Positions 46,180-55,807 are shown, counted from the stretch's first letter. The stretch is DNA of 64,000 bases from Candidatus Profundicultor thermophilus (GCA_039638495.1 JBDIWN010000001.1:1582-65581), one strand, 5' to 3'. Program-made: numbers and translations. The notes: generated by a model from the letters alone, not told the origin.

Positions 46180-47736
46180 ATGGAACGTTTGGTGCGTTCT
46201 CTCCTGAGTGAGGAAAAAGGGCTTCCCGTTCTGAGCAAGGTAGGGAGATTCAGGATTGCACTCTGTTTCCCTGGGGAATATGCCTGGGGAATGTCAAATT
46301 TGGGGTACCAATCTTTGTTGCGTCTGGTTTTTGAAACTCCTTCTTGGCGAGGGGAAAGGGTTTTCTCCTCTTTTGGTCCTTTTTCGATGGAAACTCGTGC
46401 CCCGCTTGGTGCATTTGATCTTCTGGCTTTCAGTTTGTCCTTTGAGTTTGATGTTTTGAATCTGGTTTCGCTTCTCCAAAAAGGGATGATTCCGATTTTT
46501 ACGCAACAACGAGATGAGCGTGACCCTTGGGTGATTGCGGGTGGGCCTCTGGTAACCTTGAATCCTGAAATTGTTGCCCCTTTTGTTGATTTGGCGTTTA
46601 TCGGAGAGGTAGAAGAGGTATTTGCTCAGATTCTGGCCCTTTGGGAAAAAGGAAAAGAGGCAAGGTACTCTCGAGCTGAGCTTAAAAGGATGCTTGCTTC
46701 TCTGCCCGGAGTTTATGTGCCGGAGGGGATTGTTCCAGTTTATAGGAATGGCGATTTGATCAAGTTTGAGGTACAGGAGGGATTTCAGTTTCCAGTCTCT
46801 CGACAAACCGTGCATCTTGATCGTTTTGAAACCAGGACTTTTCTCTATACCCCTTCTTCATACTTTAAACAAACGGCGCTCATCGAGGTTAATCGGGGGT
46901 GCGCTTACCGGTGTCGGTTCTGTGCGGGGAGTTTTATTTATGCTCCTTTGCGCCAGCGTTCTTTTCCACTTGTTCTCCGTATGCTCGATTACGTCTTTTC
47001 CTGGACAACCAAGGTCGGTTTAGTTGGTTCAGATGTGCTCAGTCATCCTCACTTGAAGGAGCTTTTGGACTATCTGGCAAGACACGAAAAGGAGCTAACC
47101 TGTTCCTCACTTTCAGGCCGTAGACTCCTGCAGGATGAGTCGCTCTTTGCTCTGTTGCGAAAGGGTGGATTGCGGACGCTTACCATTGCTCCGGAAAGTG
47201 GAAACTGTGCGTTAAGGACCTTTTTGGGTAAGGGTTTAAAGAACGAGGAGTGGAAGGCACTCGTTAACCAAGCTATTCGAGTGGGCTTTGATAAGGTGAA
47301 GCTGTATTTTATGTTGGGTAAACCAGGTGGTGGAATTGAGGAAGATGTCGAGTTTTTGAGGGAAATTACGGAAATGATTTCTCCCTCGAAGGTAACGGTT
47401 TCGTACAGTTTTCTGGTGCCAAAACCCCACACTCTTTTACAGGATTTTGTACCGCCACCGTTTCAGGTTTGGAAAAGAGAGAAAGAGGTATTTGAAGGGT
47501 ATGTGCGAAAGTTGAAAATCGAAATTTTTGGAGAGAGCCCCCGTTTTGCTTTTTTGGAATTATTGCTTTCCCGGGGAGATCGATTGCTGGCTGAGAAAAT
47601 ACCTGAAGTTTTAGCCGGGGGAGGAAGCCTCACTGTATGGCGGAAGGTACTTCGGGATTTAAAACGAGACCCTGAAGAATGGCCTCGCCATCCTTGGGAG
47701 AATGACATAAGACCCTGGACTATGGTGGAGAACTGA
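46180..47736 (+). CDS. Radical SAM protein, TIGR03960-like (uncharacterised family, from memory)
   Basis: CxxxCxxC at C241/C245/C248 (NRGCAYRCRFCAG, nt 46900-46923). The N-terminal RIALCFPGEYAWGMSNLGYQSL resembles the FPD.YEVGMS..G motif of that family. Confidence 0.6.
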   Translation: MERLVRSLLSEEKGLPVLSKVGRFRIALCFPGEYAWGMSNLGYQSLLRLVFETPSWRGERVFSSFGPFSMETRAPLGAFDLLAFSLSFEFDVLNLVSLLQKGMIPIFTQQRDERDPWVIAGGPLVTLNPEIVAPFVDLAFIGEVEEVFAQILALWEKGKEARYSRAELKRMLASLPGVYVPEGIVPVYRNGDLIKFEVQEGFQFPVSRQTVHLDRFETRTFLYTPSSYFKQTALIEVNRGCAYRCRFCAGSFIYAPLRQRSFPLVLRMLDYVFSWTTKVGLVGSDVLSHPHLKELLDYLARHEKELTCSSLSGRRLLQDESLFALLRKGGLRTLTIAPESGNCALRTFLGKGLKNEEWKALVNQAIRVGFDKVKLYFMLGKPGGGIEEDVEFLREITEMISPSKVTVSYSFLVPKPHTLLQDFVPPPFQVWKREKEVFEGYVRKLKIEIFGESPRFAFLELLLSRGDRLLAEKIPEVLAGGGSLTVWRKVLRDLKRDPEEWPRHPWENDIRPWTMVEN

Positions 47737-47754
47737 AGGGGGAAAAGCAATGGG

Positions 47755-48435
47755 GTGAGAGAAAATCTGGAACGGGTTCGAGAAAAAATTGACTTCTTTG
47801 CTCAGAAAGCAGGTCGAAAGGCGGAAGAAATTCAAATGGTGGCGGTCACCAAAGGTGTGGGGGTGGAGAAAATTGAGGAAGCCGTTGCCAGTGGGGTTCG
47901 CTTTCTGGGCGAAAATCGCCTTCAAGAGGCACTGCCCAAAGTGCTTCAAATTTCGCATGAGGGAGTTGAGTGGCATTTTGTAGGGCGTTTGCAGGCCAAT
48001 AAGGTGAAGAAGGTTGTGCAGTATTTCCATGTCATTCACTCGGTGGATCGACTGGAAGTTATTACCAGAATAGAAAGAGAACTTGAAAATTTACGCTTGA
48101 GGGATTATCCTATTTTTGTTCAGGTGAACCTTACTGGTAAGGAAACTCAGGGTGGAATCTCCGAAAGAGATGTTTTCCCCTTTTTGGAGCGTATTGCTCT
48201 GTGGCTTCGCATTCGAGTGGTTGGTTTGATGACGATTGGTCCTCAAGCTGGTGAGAGCGAAGTCAGAAGGGTTTTTGGTCGACTGCGAGAACTTCGAGAC
48301 GAGGTGAACCGGAGAGGCATTTTTAAAGAAGAAGTTCGGGAGCTCTCAATGGGAATGAGTGATGATTTTCACTGGGCCATTCTGGAGGGATCCACGATGT
48401 TGAGGCTGGGAAGGGCACTCTTTGGAGAGAGGTGA
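47755..48435 (+). CDS. yggS: PLP homeostasis protein YggS/YlmE family
   Basis: GTG start. PLP-lysine context VAVTKGV, the HFVGRLQANKVK motif, and C-terminal ELSMGMSDDF. Confidence 0.9.
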   Translation: MRENLERVREKIDFFAQKAGRKAEEIQMVAVTKGVGVEKIEEAVASGVRFLGENRLQEALPKVLQISHEGVEWHFVGRLQANKVKKVVQYFHVIHSVDRLEVITRIERELENLRLRDYPIFVQVNLTGKETQGGISERDVFPFLERIALWLRIRVVGLMTIGPQAGESEVRRVFGRLRELRDEVNRRGIFKEEVRELSMGMSDDFHWAILEGSTMLRLGRALFGER

Positions 48436-49244
48436 AATTGGTGACAGATTCGATTCTCTTTTTAGGATGTGGCAACATGGGTAGTGCTCTGGTGAAAGGG
48501 CTTTGGCGCGACAACTGGCATAAGAAGTTTCACTTTTTTCTCTATGACGTTTTACCGGAGCGCTCTCAAGAATTGGCCAATGTTCTTGGTCTGCAAAATA
48601 TTGAGGCGTTTGATGGGCTTTCTCCGCGCTTTGTTTTTGTGGCGGTGAAACCGGGAAACGTTGAGGAAGCCTGTAAAGTATTGAAACTCTTTCAGCATAC
48701 CACTTTTATTTCGGTCGTTGCCGGGTTTTCCCTCGGAAGATGGCAGGAACTCCTGGGGAAAGAGACCAAACTCGTTCGTCTGATGCCCAATCTCTGTGTG
48801 GAGGTTGGTGAGGGTGTGGTACCCATCTGTTTTTCAGAATCGGTGCCTCAGGAAGAAAGAGAAGAACTGTTGTTTCTCCTCTCTTCTCTGGGGTGGATTT
48901 TTGAAACCCAGGAGGAAAACCTGGGGTATTTTACTGCATTGAGTGGAAGCGGTCCGGGAATGATCGCAATGTTCATCGAAGGGATGATGGATGAAGGGGT
49001 AGCCATGGGTTTGCCCTGGGAAACAAGCCTCAAAATTGCGTTGCAAACGGTCTTGGGTACAGCTACCCTATTGAAGACCAAGAAATTACATCCAGCACAT
49101 TTCAAGAATCTGGTTGCTTCCCCGGGTGGAACCACGATTGCGGGAATTAAAGCCTTGGAAAAAAGAGGTTTTAAAGGAATCGTTATGGAGGGATTTGAAG
49201 AGGCGTATGAACGCCTTGTGGCGTTGTTTGCCGAGATGGGGTGA
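48432..49244 (+). CDS. proC: Pyrroline-5-carboxylate reductase
   Basis: GTGA overlap with yggS. Rossmann FLGCGNMGSAL and a C-terminal dimerisation region SPGGTTIAGIKALE. Confidence 0.85.
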   Translation: MKLVTDSILFLGCGNMGSALVKGLWRDNWHKKFHFFLYDVLPERSQELANVLGLQNIEAFDGLSPRFVFVAVKPGNVEEACKVLKLFQHTTFISVVAGFSLGRWQELLGKETKLVRLMPNLCVEVGEGVVPICFSESVPQEEREELLFLLSSLGWIFETQEENLGYFTALSGSGPGMIAMFIEGMMDEGVAMGLPWETSLKIALQTVLGTATLLKTKKLHPAHFKNLVASPGGTTIAGIKALEKRGFKGIVMEGFEEAYERLVALFAEMG

Positions 49245-49251
49245 CAAGAAC

Positions 49252-49821
49252 ATGGATTGGAAACCGGAGGACATCGTAGAGGTTGATTTTAGCCGTTCTT
49301 TTCGAGGATACAATGAAGCTGAGGTTCGGGAGTTTTTAGAAGAATTGGCTGCTCACTGGGAAGCACTTTTAACGGAGAGAGAAAAGGTTATCCAGGAAAA
49401 TCGGGAACTCAAGAAGAAATTAACTGAGAAAGAGGAATATTTGAAAAGAATTGATGCTCAGATGGAGGAATGGAGGAAACAACTGGAAATTGAAAAAGGG
49501 TTAGCCAAAAAGGAAGCAGCGATGATTGTGGAAGAGGCAGAGATGAAAGCCCGCAAAATTGTTGACGATGCACTGGAAAAGAAGAAAACAATTGAAATGG
49601 GGTATAACGAGCTTCTGGAAAAGTACCGTCTTTTCCAGATTCGCTTCCGATCTCTCCTGCAGACGTTCATGGAAAGTATTGAATGGAAAGGGAAGGGATG
49701 GGACATTGTTGAAGAAAACAGAAAAGAAGGAACAAAAAATGAGGAAGAAGAGACCGGAGGAGAAATTGCTCGTTTTTCTCTCAAAGACTTTAAAGATGAA
49801 GGCAGGATAAAGCGGTCTTGA
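49252..49821 (+). CDS. divIVA: DivIVA-family protein
   Basis: Start ATG 49252. N-terminal lipid-binding-domain motif DIVEVDFSRSFRGYNEAEVREFLEEL, followed by a long coiled coil. Confidence 0.85.
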   Translation: MDWKPEDIVEVDFSRSFRGYNEAEVREFLEELAAHWEALLTEREKVIQENRELKKKLTEKEEYLKRIDAQMEEWRKQLEIEKGLAKKEAAMIVEEAEMKARKIVDDALEKKKTIEMGYNELLEKYRLFQIRFRSLLQTFMESIEWKGKGWDIVEENRKEGTKNEEEETGGEIARFSLKDFKDEGRIKRS

Positions 49822-50270
49822 TTAAACAGAAGTGGATGTACTTTCTGGGTGTTTTTGGTTTGGGTTTTTTGGCAGACCAAGTAACCAAATATTGGGCTCT
49901 ACAAACCCTTCGGGGACGTTCCCTAACTCTGTGGAAGGGCATTTTGGAGTTGCGTCTGCGTGAGAATGTGGGGAGTGCTTTTGGTTTGATGCTCCTCAGT
50001 CGATTTGGAATACTGGTTATTACTGTGGGGTTAACCATTGCTTTTCTTTTATGGATGGGAAAGAGGAACGAGGTGTCACTCCTTTTCCTTTTGGGAGGCT
50101 CTCTTTTTCTGGCTGGTGCCTGGGGAAACCTTCTGGACCGCTTGCGGTGGGGGTACGTGGTTGATTTTATCGAACCATCGTTCTGGGCTACCTTTAATTT
50201 GGGAGATGTGCTGATTTTAGGGGGTGTGTTCCTTTTCGGATATCGACTTCTCCTGCACGGGAAATGGTGA
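49818..50270 (+). CDS. lspA: Lipoprotein signal peptidase (signal peptidase II)
   Basis: TTGA overlap. ADQVTKYWA, NVGSAFG, NLLDRL and VVDFI motifs in a four-TM protein. Confidence 0.9.
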   Translation: MIKQKWMYFLGVFGLGFLADQVTKYWALQTLRGRSLTLWKGILELRLRENVGSAFGLMLLSRFGILVITVGLTIAFLLWMGKRNEVSLLFLLGGSLFLAGAWGNLLDRLRWGYVVDFIEPSFWATFNLGDVLILGGVFLFGYRLLLHGKW

Positions 50271-51187
50271 AAACTCGAAAACTCTATGTCTACGATTTTT
50301 CTCCTCGCATGGATGTGTGGTTGAAAGGGAATTTCCCGGACATTTCTCGCTCCCTTCTTGCTCGGCTCATCAAAGAAGGACGGGTGAAGGTGAACCGGGT
50401 TGTGGAAAAGAAACCGAGTAAAAAACTGCAACCAGGCGACCTTTTGGAAATTTGCTGGCCAGAAGAGAACTTTCTTTCTCCTACCCCACGATTTTTGCCG
50501 CTCGACGTGCTATATGAAGACGCTGAGATTGTGGTTCTTTCCAAACGGAGTGGGGTTTCGGTTCATCCAGTATCGCCCTTTGAAACCAATACCCTGGTGA
50601 ATGCCCTTCTTTATCATGGTTTTTCGCTTTCTCGCTATGGCTTGCCCCTTCGTCCCGGAGTGGTGCATCGCCTGGATAAAGACACTTCCGGTGTTATGGT
50701 GGTTGCAAAATCGGATCAGGCGTATTTGCATCTTGTGCAGGAATTCAAAGCTCGTCGCGTGGAGAAGTCCTACCTGGTGGTTGTGGAGGGGAAATGGAAA
50801 GAGGGTCGAATCATCGATGTACCTCTTGGCAGGAGTCGCAAAAATCCTCTGCGCATGGAGGTGAAAAATTGGAGAGGGAAACCCTGTTATACCGAGATTC
50901 GGGTGCTTGGGGTTCGTGAGGATTTTTCTCTTCTTCTGGTGAAACCCAGGACGGGAAGGACACACCAGATTCGAGCGCATTTAAGCTTTGCAGGGTATCC
51001 AATCGCAGGGGATTTACTCTATGGAAGTACAAAAGGAAGTGCCTATTTTTCCCGTCAGGCCTTGCATGCGTTTACCCTGGTTTTTTCTCATCCGACTTTA
51101 AAGAAACGAATGATTTTTGCAGCTTCTTTACCCTCAGATATGCGGGAATTTGTGCGGCAGTATTTTGCTTCATCCCTTCATGGTTAG
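50264..51187 (+). CDS. rluD: 23S rRNA pseudouridine synthase, RluA/RluD family
   Basis: S4-like N-terminus, catalytic HRLDKDTSG, and the KSYLVVVEG and RTHQIRAHL motifs. Confidence 0.9.
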   Translation: MVKTRKLYVYDFSPRMDVWLKGNFPDISRSLLARLIKEGRVKVNRVVEKKPSKKLQPGDLLEICWPEENFLSPTPRFLPLDVLYEDAEIVVLSKRSGVSVHPVSPFETNTLVNALLYHGFSLSRYGLPLRPGVVHRLDKDTSGVMVVAKSDQAYLHLVQEFKARRVEKSYLVVVEGKWKEGRIIDVPLGRSRKNPLRMEVKNWRGKPCYTEIRVLGVREDFSLLLVKPRTGRTHQIRAHLSFAGYPIAGDLLYGSTKGSAYFSRQALHAFTLVFSHPTLKKRMIFAASLPSDMREFVRQYFASSLHG

Positions 51188-52854
51188 TCTTCTTGAACGA
51201 TGATGTTTTTTGGCCAGGTCGGCTGGACAAGGATGGTTTTTTCGTTGCGAAAGGACACTTTTCCCATGACTCCCGGAATGGAGTGAAGATACTTCACCTG
51301 GGTGACGATGACTTCTACCTTGGAATCGTTTTTCCCTGCAGAAAAGTAACCAGCTAACTGGGCTGCTTGCTGTATTTCCTCCTCTTTATTTTTATTTCCT
51401 TTGGGGGAAAGCTTGAGAATGACATGGGCGCCAGGAAGGTCCCGGACGTGGAGCCAGTAGTCGTCTCGAGAAGCGCTCCGGAGTAATTTCTGATTGCTCT
51501 TCTGACTTTTCCCGATCCAGATTTCGCTTCCCTGGGCGGTTTTCAGTTTCCGGAACGGAGAAGAGGAGGAACCGGATATGCTGGACCAAACTTCTTCCCA
51601 AACTTCATTGTTCTGAAGGATTTTTCTCCTCTTGTGTTCGAGTTCAACCAGTTTTTCCTGTAACTTTTGGTTGCGATTCAGCATTTTACGGTAGAGACGG
51701 AAGTAGTGTTGCATATTCTGGTTTTTGGTGAGCAGGGGATTGAGTGCTATGGTGGTTTCGTTCCCGGTAAAAGGATTTTTGACCCGTATCATGGTTTCTG
51801 TTTCTTCCAGTACTTCTAAGGCAGGTAAAATCTTCAGCAGTTCACCTTTGCTCCGGGTTTCCTCTATGGTTTCCTCTTCTTGGAGGAGATTTTTCACTTC
51901 CTGAATTTCGTTATCGAGAAAATCCAGCTCTTTTTGGATTCTTTTTTGCTTGGCTTTTTCTTGAATTTCTCTTTCTTTATATTCCCACCATTTTTGGTAA
52001 AAGTGCTTTAGGGCTTCATTCCAGGATGAATGATGATGGCAGTACGCTTCGAAAGAGTAGAGCGGATTTTGCCAGAAGACTCCCTGGGGTGGTTCGTATG
52101 GAGAAGGCGAAAACGTAAAAAGAGGTGGTGGGGTTTGGCAAAGCGGTGCGATGAGTTGCGAGAGTGCGGTGGCAAGATTGACTTTCCAGAAGGAGATTCC
52201 CATGGCAATTGCGTTTCCCAGAAATGGCCCGACGCCGTTAACGTGGTCGATAATCCATTGTTCCACCTTTTCGGTATCTGGGGGAAGATCGAGTTCTCTC
52301 TTTCCTTCCATGAGGGCAAAGGGGTCCTCTTTATCTTTCTGAGGGGGGAGCATATATGGGTGACCAGGAAGAATCACTCGAAAACGACTCTTTTCGGGAG
52401 TTATTTTCCGGTATGTTCCCAGGATGGTCAGGGAGGTATCGTTTTGGGTCAGAATGCAGTTGGCGTTCCTCCCGGTAAGCTCGATAAACAGGAGAAACTC
52501 GTTAGTTTCCTCCCACAGGGAGGTATTTTTGACCTTAAGGCGAAGGATACGATCCCATCCCTCCTGCTCGACGGAGAGAATTTCCCCCCCAACCAGGTAT
52601 TTGTTGAGGAGTTGGACCCACTGTGTGTTTTGTGCTCCGGAATATTGGGTATCTTTCAAAGTGCTGAGAAAAAGGAGGCTTATGTCAGGATGACAGGATA
52701 AAACCAGAAATCGCCGCCCCTGGGGTGTATACAGTTCAAATCTTGTCTCGTGCCTTGATGGATACAGGAAAACTTTCTGAATTCGGCTTTCCCTGATCTG
52801 GGGTTCGAGTTCCTGCTTGAGAAATCGAAGTGGAATCCCTTCGAGCACCTTCAT
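51184..52854 (-). CDS. rqcH: NFACT-family ribosome quality control protein (RqcH / fibronectin-binding protein A-like)
   Basis: Start moved to ATG 52854 (MKVLEGIPLRFLKQEL...), where NFACT-N similarity begins. Central coiled coil. NFACT-R/DUF814 region SEIWIGKSQKSNQKLL...DYWLHVRDLPGAHVIL. The stop overlaps the rluD stop tail to tail. Confidence 0.85.
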   Translation of the reverse strand: MKVLEGIPLRFLKQELEPQIRESRIQKVFLYPSRHETRFELYTPQGRRFLVLSCHPDISLLFLSTLKDTQYSGAQNTQWVQLLNKYLVGGEILSVEQEGWDRILRLKVKNTSLWEETNEFLLFIELTGRNANCILTQNDTSLTILGTYRKITPEKSRFRVILPGHPYMLPPQKDKEDPFALMEGKRELDLPPDTEKVEQWIIDHVNGVGPFLGNAIAMGISFWKVNLATALSQLIAPLCQTPPPLFTFSPSPYEPPQGVFWQNPLYSFEAYCHHHSSWNEALKHFYQKWWEYKEREIQEKAKQKRIQKELDFLDNEIQEVKNLLQEEETIEETRSKGELLKILPALEVLEETETMIRVKNPFTGNETTIALNPLLTKNQNMQHYFRLYRKMLNRNQKLQEKLVELEHKRRKILQNNEVWEEVWSSISGSSSSPFRKLKTAQGSEIWIGKSQKSNQKLLRSASRDDYWLHVRDLPGAHVILKLSPKGNKNKEEEIQQAAQLAGYFSAGKNDSKVEVIVTQVKYLHSIPGVMGKVSFRNEKTILVQPTWPKNIIVQED

Positions 52855-52864
52855 TGTTCTTCGA

Positions 52865-52893
52865 TTGACAGAAAATGTGATATTCAATAATAT
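52865..52893 (+). promoter_or_regulatory. Consensus sigma70-type promoter for yicC
   Basis: TTGACA (52865-52870), 17 nt, then TAATAT (52888-52893), 36 nt upstream of the yicC ATG. Confidence 0.65.
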
Positions 52894-52917
52894 AGTGGCA
52901 AACGCACCACTTGTAAA
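52889..52917 (-). promoter_or_regulatory. Divergent promoter for rqcH sharing the -10 region with the yicC promoter
   Basis: On the minus strand: TTTACA (complement of 52912-52917), 17 nt, then TATATT (complement of 52889-52894). Its -10 overlaps the + strand -10 by 5 of 6 nt. Confidence 0.5.
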
Positions 52918-52929
52918 GGGAGAAAACCA

Positions 52930-53802
52930 ATGAAGAGCATGACCGGGTTTGGATATGCCGAAGGGATGGGAGAACTTGGTTTCTATCAAGTGTACCTGAA
53001 AAGTGTCAATCACCGCTTTCTGGAAATCAACCTGCGTTTGCCTCGGGAACTTCTGGGATGGGAGGAGCGGATTAACGCTGCACTGAGAAAAGTTGCTTCT
53101 CGAGGGAAACTGGAACTCAGGGTCGATTTTGAGCCTAGGGAAGAGGCCTTTGCCATTGAAGTGAATACAGTACTGGCTCAAGCGTATCTTGAGGCTTTGA
53201 AAAGACTGAGCGCAGAACTTTCTTTGCCATTTGAGCCTCGTTTGGAGTTGTTATTTCAGATTGGTGAGTTTATTCATCTGAAAAAGGGGGAGAGTGTGTG
53301 GGGTAGGGAGTGGGATTCTTTCTTGCCCATTTTTGAAGCGGCGATGACTGGTTTTCTTACCTATCGGGAGGTGGAAGGGGAAAAACTCCGGGAAGATCTT
53401 TTGACTCAGCTTGAAGAGCTGGAGCGGTTGATCCAGGAGATAGAAAAAGAAGCTGGAATGATTAGGGAATACTATCGGGAGAAACTTTCTCAGCGACTTC
53501 AGGAAGCGATGCCCCAGTCCAAAATCGATGAGGTGGTGTTGGCACAGGAAGTCGTTTTTTACGTGGATCGGAGTGATATCAATGAAGAGGTGGTAAGGCT
53601 GAAAGCGCATATAAGCCGGGCACGGAAAGTGCTTCTTGCAAAAGACCTCGTAGGGAGGGAACTGGAATTTATCCTCCAGGAAATGCATCGGGAAATCAAT
53701 ACCATCGGTTCCAAGTCGAGTGGCGTATTGCTCTCGTCCTTGGTGTTGGACATGAAGACCACGTTGGAAAAAATGTGGGAACAGGCGCACAACGTAGAGT
53801 AA
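52930..53802 (+). CDS. yicC: YicC-family stress-induced protein
   Basis: MKSMTGFGYAEG...KSVNHRFLEINLRLP N-terminus and EEVVRLKAH...GRELEFILQEMHREINTIGSKS C-terminus (DUF1732-like). Confidence 0.9.
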   Translation: MKSMTGFGYAEGMGELGFYQVYLKSVNHRFLEINLRLPRELLGWEERINAALRKVASRGKLELRVDFEPREEAFAIEVNTVLAQAYLEALKRLSAELSLPFEPRLELLFQIGEFIHLKKGESVWGREWDSFLPIFEAAMTGFLTYREVEGEKLREDLLTQLEELERLIQEIEKEAGMIREYYREKLSQRLQEAMPQSKIDEVVLAQEVVFYVDRSDINEEVVRLKAHISRARKVLLAKDLVGRELEFILQEMHREINTIGSKSSGVLLSSLVLDMKTTLEKMWEQAHNVE

Positions 53803-53803
53803 A

Positions 53804-54373
53804 ATGTCGGGGCTTCTTTTTGTCCTTTCTGGACCTTCGGGAGTAGGAAAAAGCACCATCAGAAGGGAGGTCATGAAGCTGTGTCCGGGGTTACGATACT
53901 CGATTTCCTGTACGACACGCTCACCGCGAGTCAACGAGGTGGAAGGTGCTGACTACCATTTCGTGGATCTTCCTACCTTTGAGAAAATGAGGGATCAAGG
54001 GGAGTTTATTGAGTGGGCGAAGGTACACGGGAACTATTACGGCACTCCTCGCGGTCCTCTGGAATCCTGGTGGCAGGAAGGTTTTGATGTCATCTTGGAG
54101 ATCGATGTCCAGGGGGCGAAGCAGGTTAAAGCAGTTTTTCCACGGGGAATTTTTGTTTTCATTGCTCCTCCGTCTTTGCGTATTCTGGAAGAGCGATTGC
54201 GGGGAAGACGCTCCGATGTAGAAGATGATATCTTGCTGCGCATGACCAACGCCCATCTTGAAATGCGGTCCATTCGGGACTACAATTACTTAATTATTAA
54301 CGATGTTTTGGAAAAAGCGGTGGATCAATTTCGGGCCATTATTATTGCAGAGCGATGTCGGATCAGAGAATAG
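53804..54373 (+). CDS. gmk: Guanylate kinase
   Basis: P-loop GPSGVGKST, TTRSPR and EVEGADYHFV motifs. Confidence 0.95.
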   Translation: MSGLLFVLSGPSGVGKSTIRREVMKLCPGLRYSISCTTRSPRVNEVEGADYHFVDLPTFEKMRDQGEFIEWAKVHGNYYGTPRGPLESWWQEGFDVILEIDVQGAKQVKAVFPRGIFVFIAPPSLRILEERLRGRRSDVEDDILLRMTNAHLEMRSIRDYNYLIINDVLEKAVDQFRAIIIAERCRIRE

Positions 54374-54395
54374 AGGGAAAAAAGGGGGAAAGCAT

Positions 54396-54590
54396 ATGTT
54401 CTCTATTGATGATTTGGTGCGCAAGGTTGGTAATTCTTACGTCGCAGCTCTTGTGATTGCCAAAAGAGCAAGACAGCTTAATGAAGGAGCGATACCTCTT
54501 ATTGAACTTAAGGAACCTCATAAGCCACTGTTTATTGCGCTGGCGGAACTGATGGCCGATAGATTCTCCTTTGATTTTGTCGAAGAATGA
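54396..54590 (+). CDS. rpoZ: DNA-directed RNA polymerase subunit omega
   Basis: Start ATG 54396 after GGGGGA. 64 aa with NSYVAALVIAKRARQL. Position gmk-rpoZ-coaBC. Confidence 0.85.
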   Translation: MFSIDDLVRKVGNSYVAALVIAKRARQLNEGAIPLIELKEPHKPLFIALAELMADRFSFDFVEE

Positions 54591-55798
54591 TTGTGTACCA
54601 TCCTCCGTACTTCTTTAAAGGGAAAAAAATCGCTCTGGGCGTAACGGGGAGTATTGCGGCGTTTAAGGCGGTTGGTTTGGCCAGTTATTTAACGAAAGCT
54701 CAAGCTCAGGTAACGGTGTGTATGACTGAACATGCTCGGCAGCTTGTTGGAGAAAGCACCTTTGAAGCCATTACCGGGAATCATGTCTATAGTGACCTCT
54801 TTGCTCGGGGAGGAAGTATCGTCCATATCGCCTTGGCTCGGGAGAGCGATGTCATCCTCATCGTTCCTGCCACCGCCAATATCATTGGTAAAATTGCCGC
54901 AGGAATTGCTGATGACCTTCTCAGCACCCTTACCTTAGTTGAGCCTCAGAAAGTCATCGTTGCTCCAGCGATGAATGTGAGTATGTGGAAAAACCCTCTG
55001 GTCCAGGAAAACCTGGATACGCTCCGTAGACGAGGAATCCGGGTTATCTTCCCGGTTTCTGGACTTTTAGCCTGCGGAGAAGAAGGAGAAGGGAGATTGC
55101 CCGAGCTTGAGGAGCTGGTGGAAGAAATTTTTTATTATCTCCATGTGCCCCGAAAACTCGAAGGAAAGAAGGTTCTGGTTACGGGTGGCGCAACTCGAGA
55201 GTGGATTGATCCGGTGCGGTTCATTTCCAATCCCAGCAGTGGTTTCATGGGGTGTGCTCTGGCGGCAGTGGCAAAAGCCTGGGGGGCAGAGGTCAGAATG
55301 ATTCTAGGTGTTTCTTCGGTCCGTGTGCCTTCTTCGGTGGCGGTGGAAAGGGTGGAAACTGTTTTAGAGATGAAAGAGGCGCTGGAACGGAATTTCCCTC
55401 TTTGTGATATCCTTTTCATGAGTGCAGCGGTATCGGATTTCTGTCCTTCTTCCTGGAGTGCAGCCAAGATAAAAAAAGAGCACAAGACGAATCTTACTCT
55501 TTCGCTTCTGCCTGCTCCGGACCTTCTTGAAGGCCTCGCTCAAAAGAAGAAAAACCAAATTGTGGTTGGATTCTGCGCAGAAACCGAAAATCTTCTTTCA
55601 GAGGCAAAAAGGAAACTCGGGAAAAAGAATCTGGATATGATGGTGGCGAATCTGGTTGAAAAGGGGAAGAGTGGTTTTGAAGTACCCACCAACAAGGCCT
55701 GGATTGTAGAGCGGAATGGTCAGGAAATCGAGTTGCCTCTTCTGGATAAAAGAGAACTTGCCGAAGCGATTGTCACCCGTCTTGTTTCTCTTTTGTGA
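54587..55798 (+). CDS. coaBC: Bifunctional phosphopantothenoylcysteine decarboxylase / phosphopantothenate--cysteine ligase
   Basis: ATGA overlap. Flavoprotein half (GVTGSIAAFKA, PATANIIGKIA, PAMN) and CoaB half (VTGGATREWIDPVRFISNPSSGFMG). Confidence 0.9.
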   Translation: MIVYHPPYFFKGKKIALGVTGSIAAFKAVGLASYLTKAQAQVTVCMTEHARQLVGESTFEAITGNHVYSDLFARGGSIVHIALARESDVILIVPATANIIGKIAAGIADDLLSTLTLVEPQKVIVAPAMNVSMWKNPLVQENLDTLRRRGIRVIFPVSGLLACGEEGEGRLPELEELVEEIFYYLHVPRKLEGKKVLVTGGATREWIDPVRFISNPSSGFMGCALAAVAKAWGAEVRMILGVSSVRVPSSVAVERVETVLEMKEALERNFPLCDILFMSAAVSDFCPSSWSAAKIKKEHKTNLTLSLLPAPDLLEGLAQKKKNQIVVGFCAETENLLSEAKRKLGKKNLDMMVANLVEKGKSGFEVPTNKAWIVERNGQEIELPLLDKRELAEAIVTRLVSLL

Positions 55799-55807
55799 AT
55801 CGCAAGT

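Noticed and set aside
52855-53181. 109-codon N-terminal extension of the rqcH ORF, overlapping the yicC start on the opposite strand
   Set aside because: NFACT-N similarity begins at MKVLEG (ATG 52854). The extension runs through two good promoters and 250 nt of yicC coding sequence, and its sequence is low-complexity and non-homologous.
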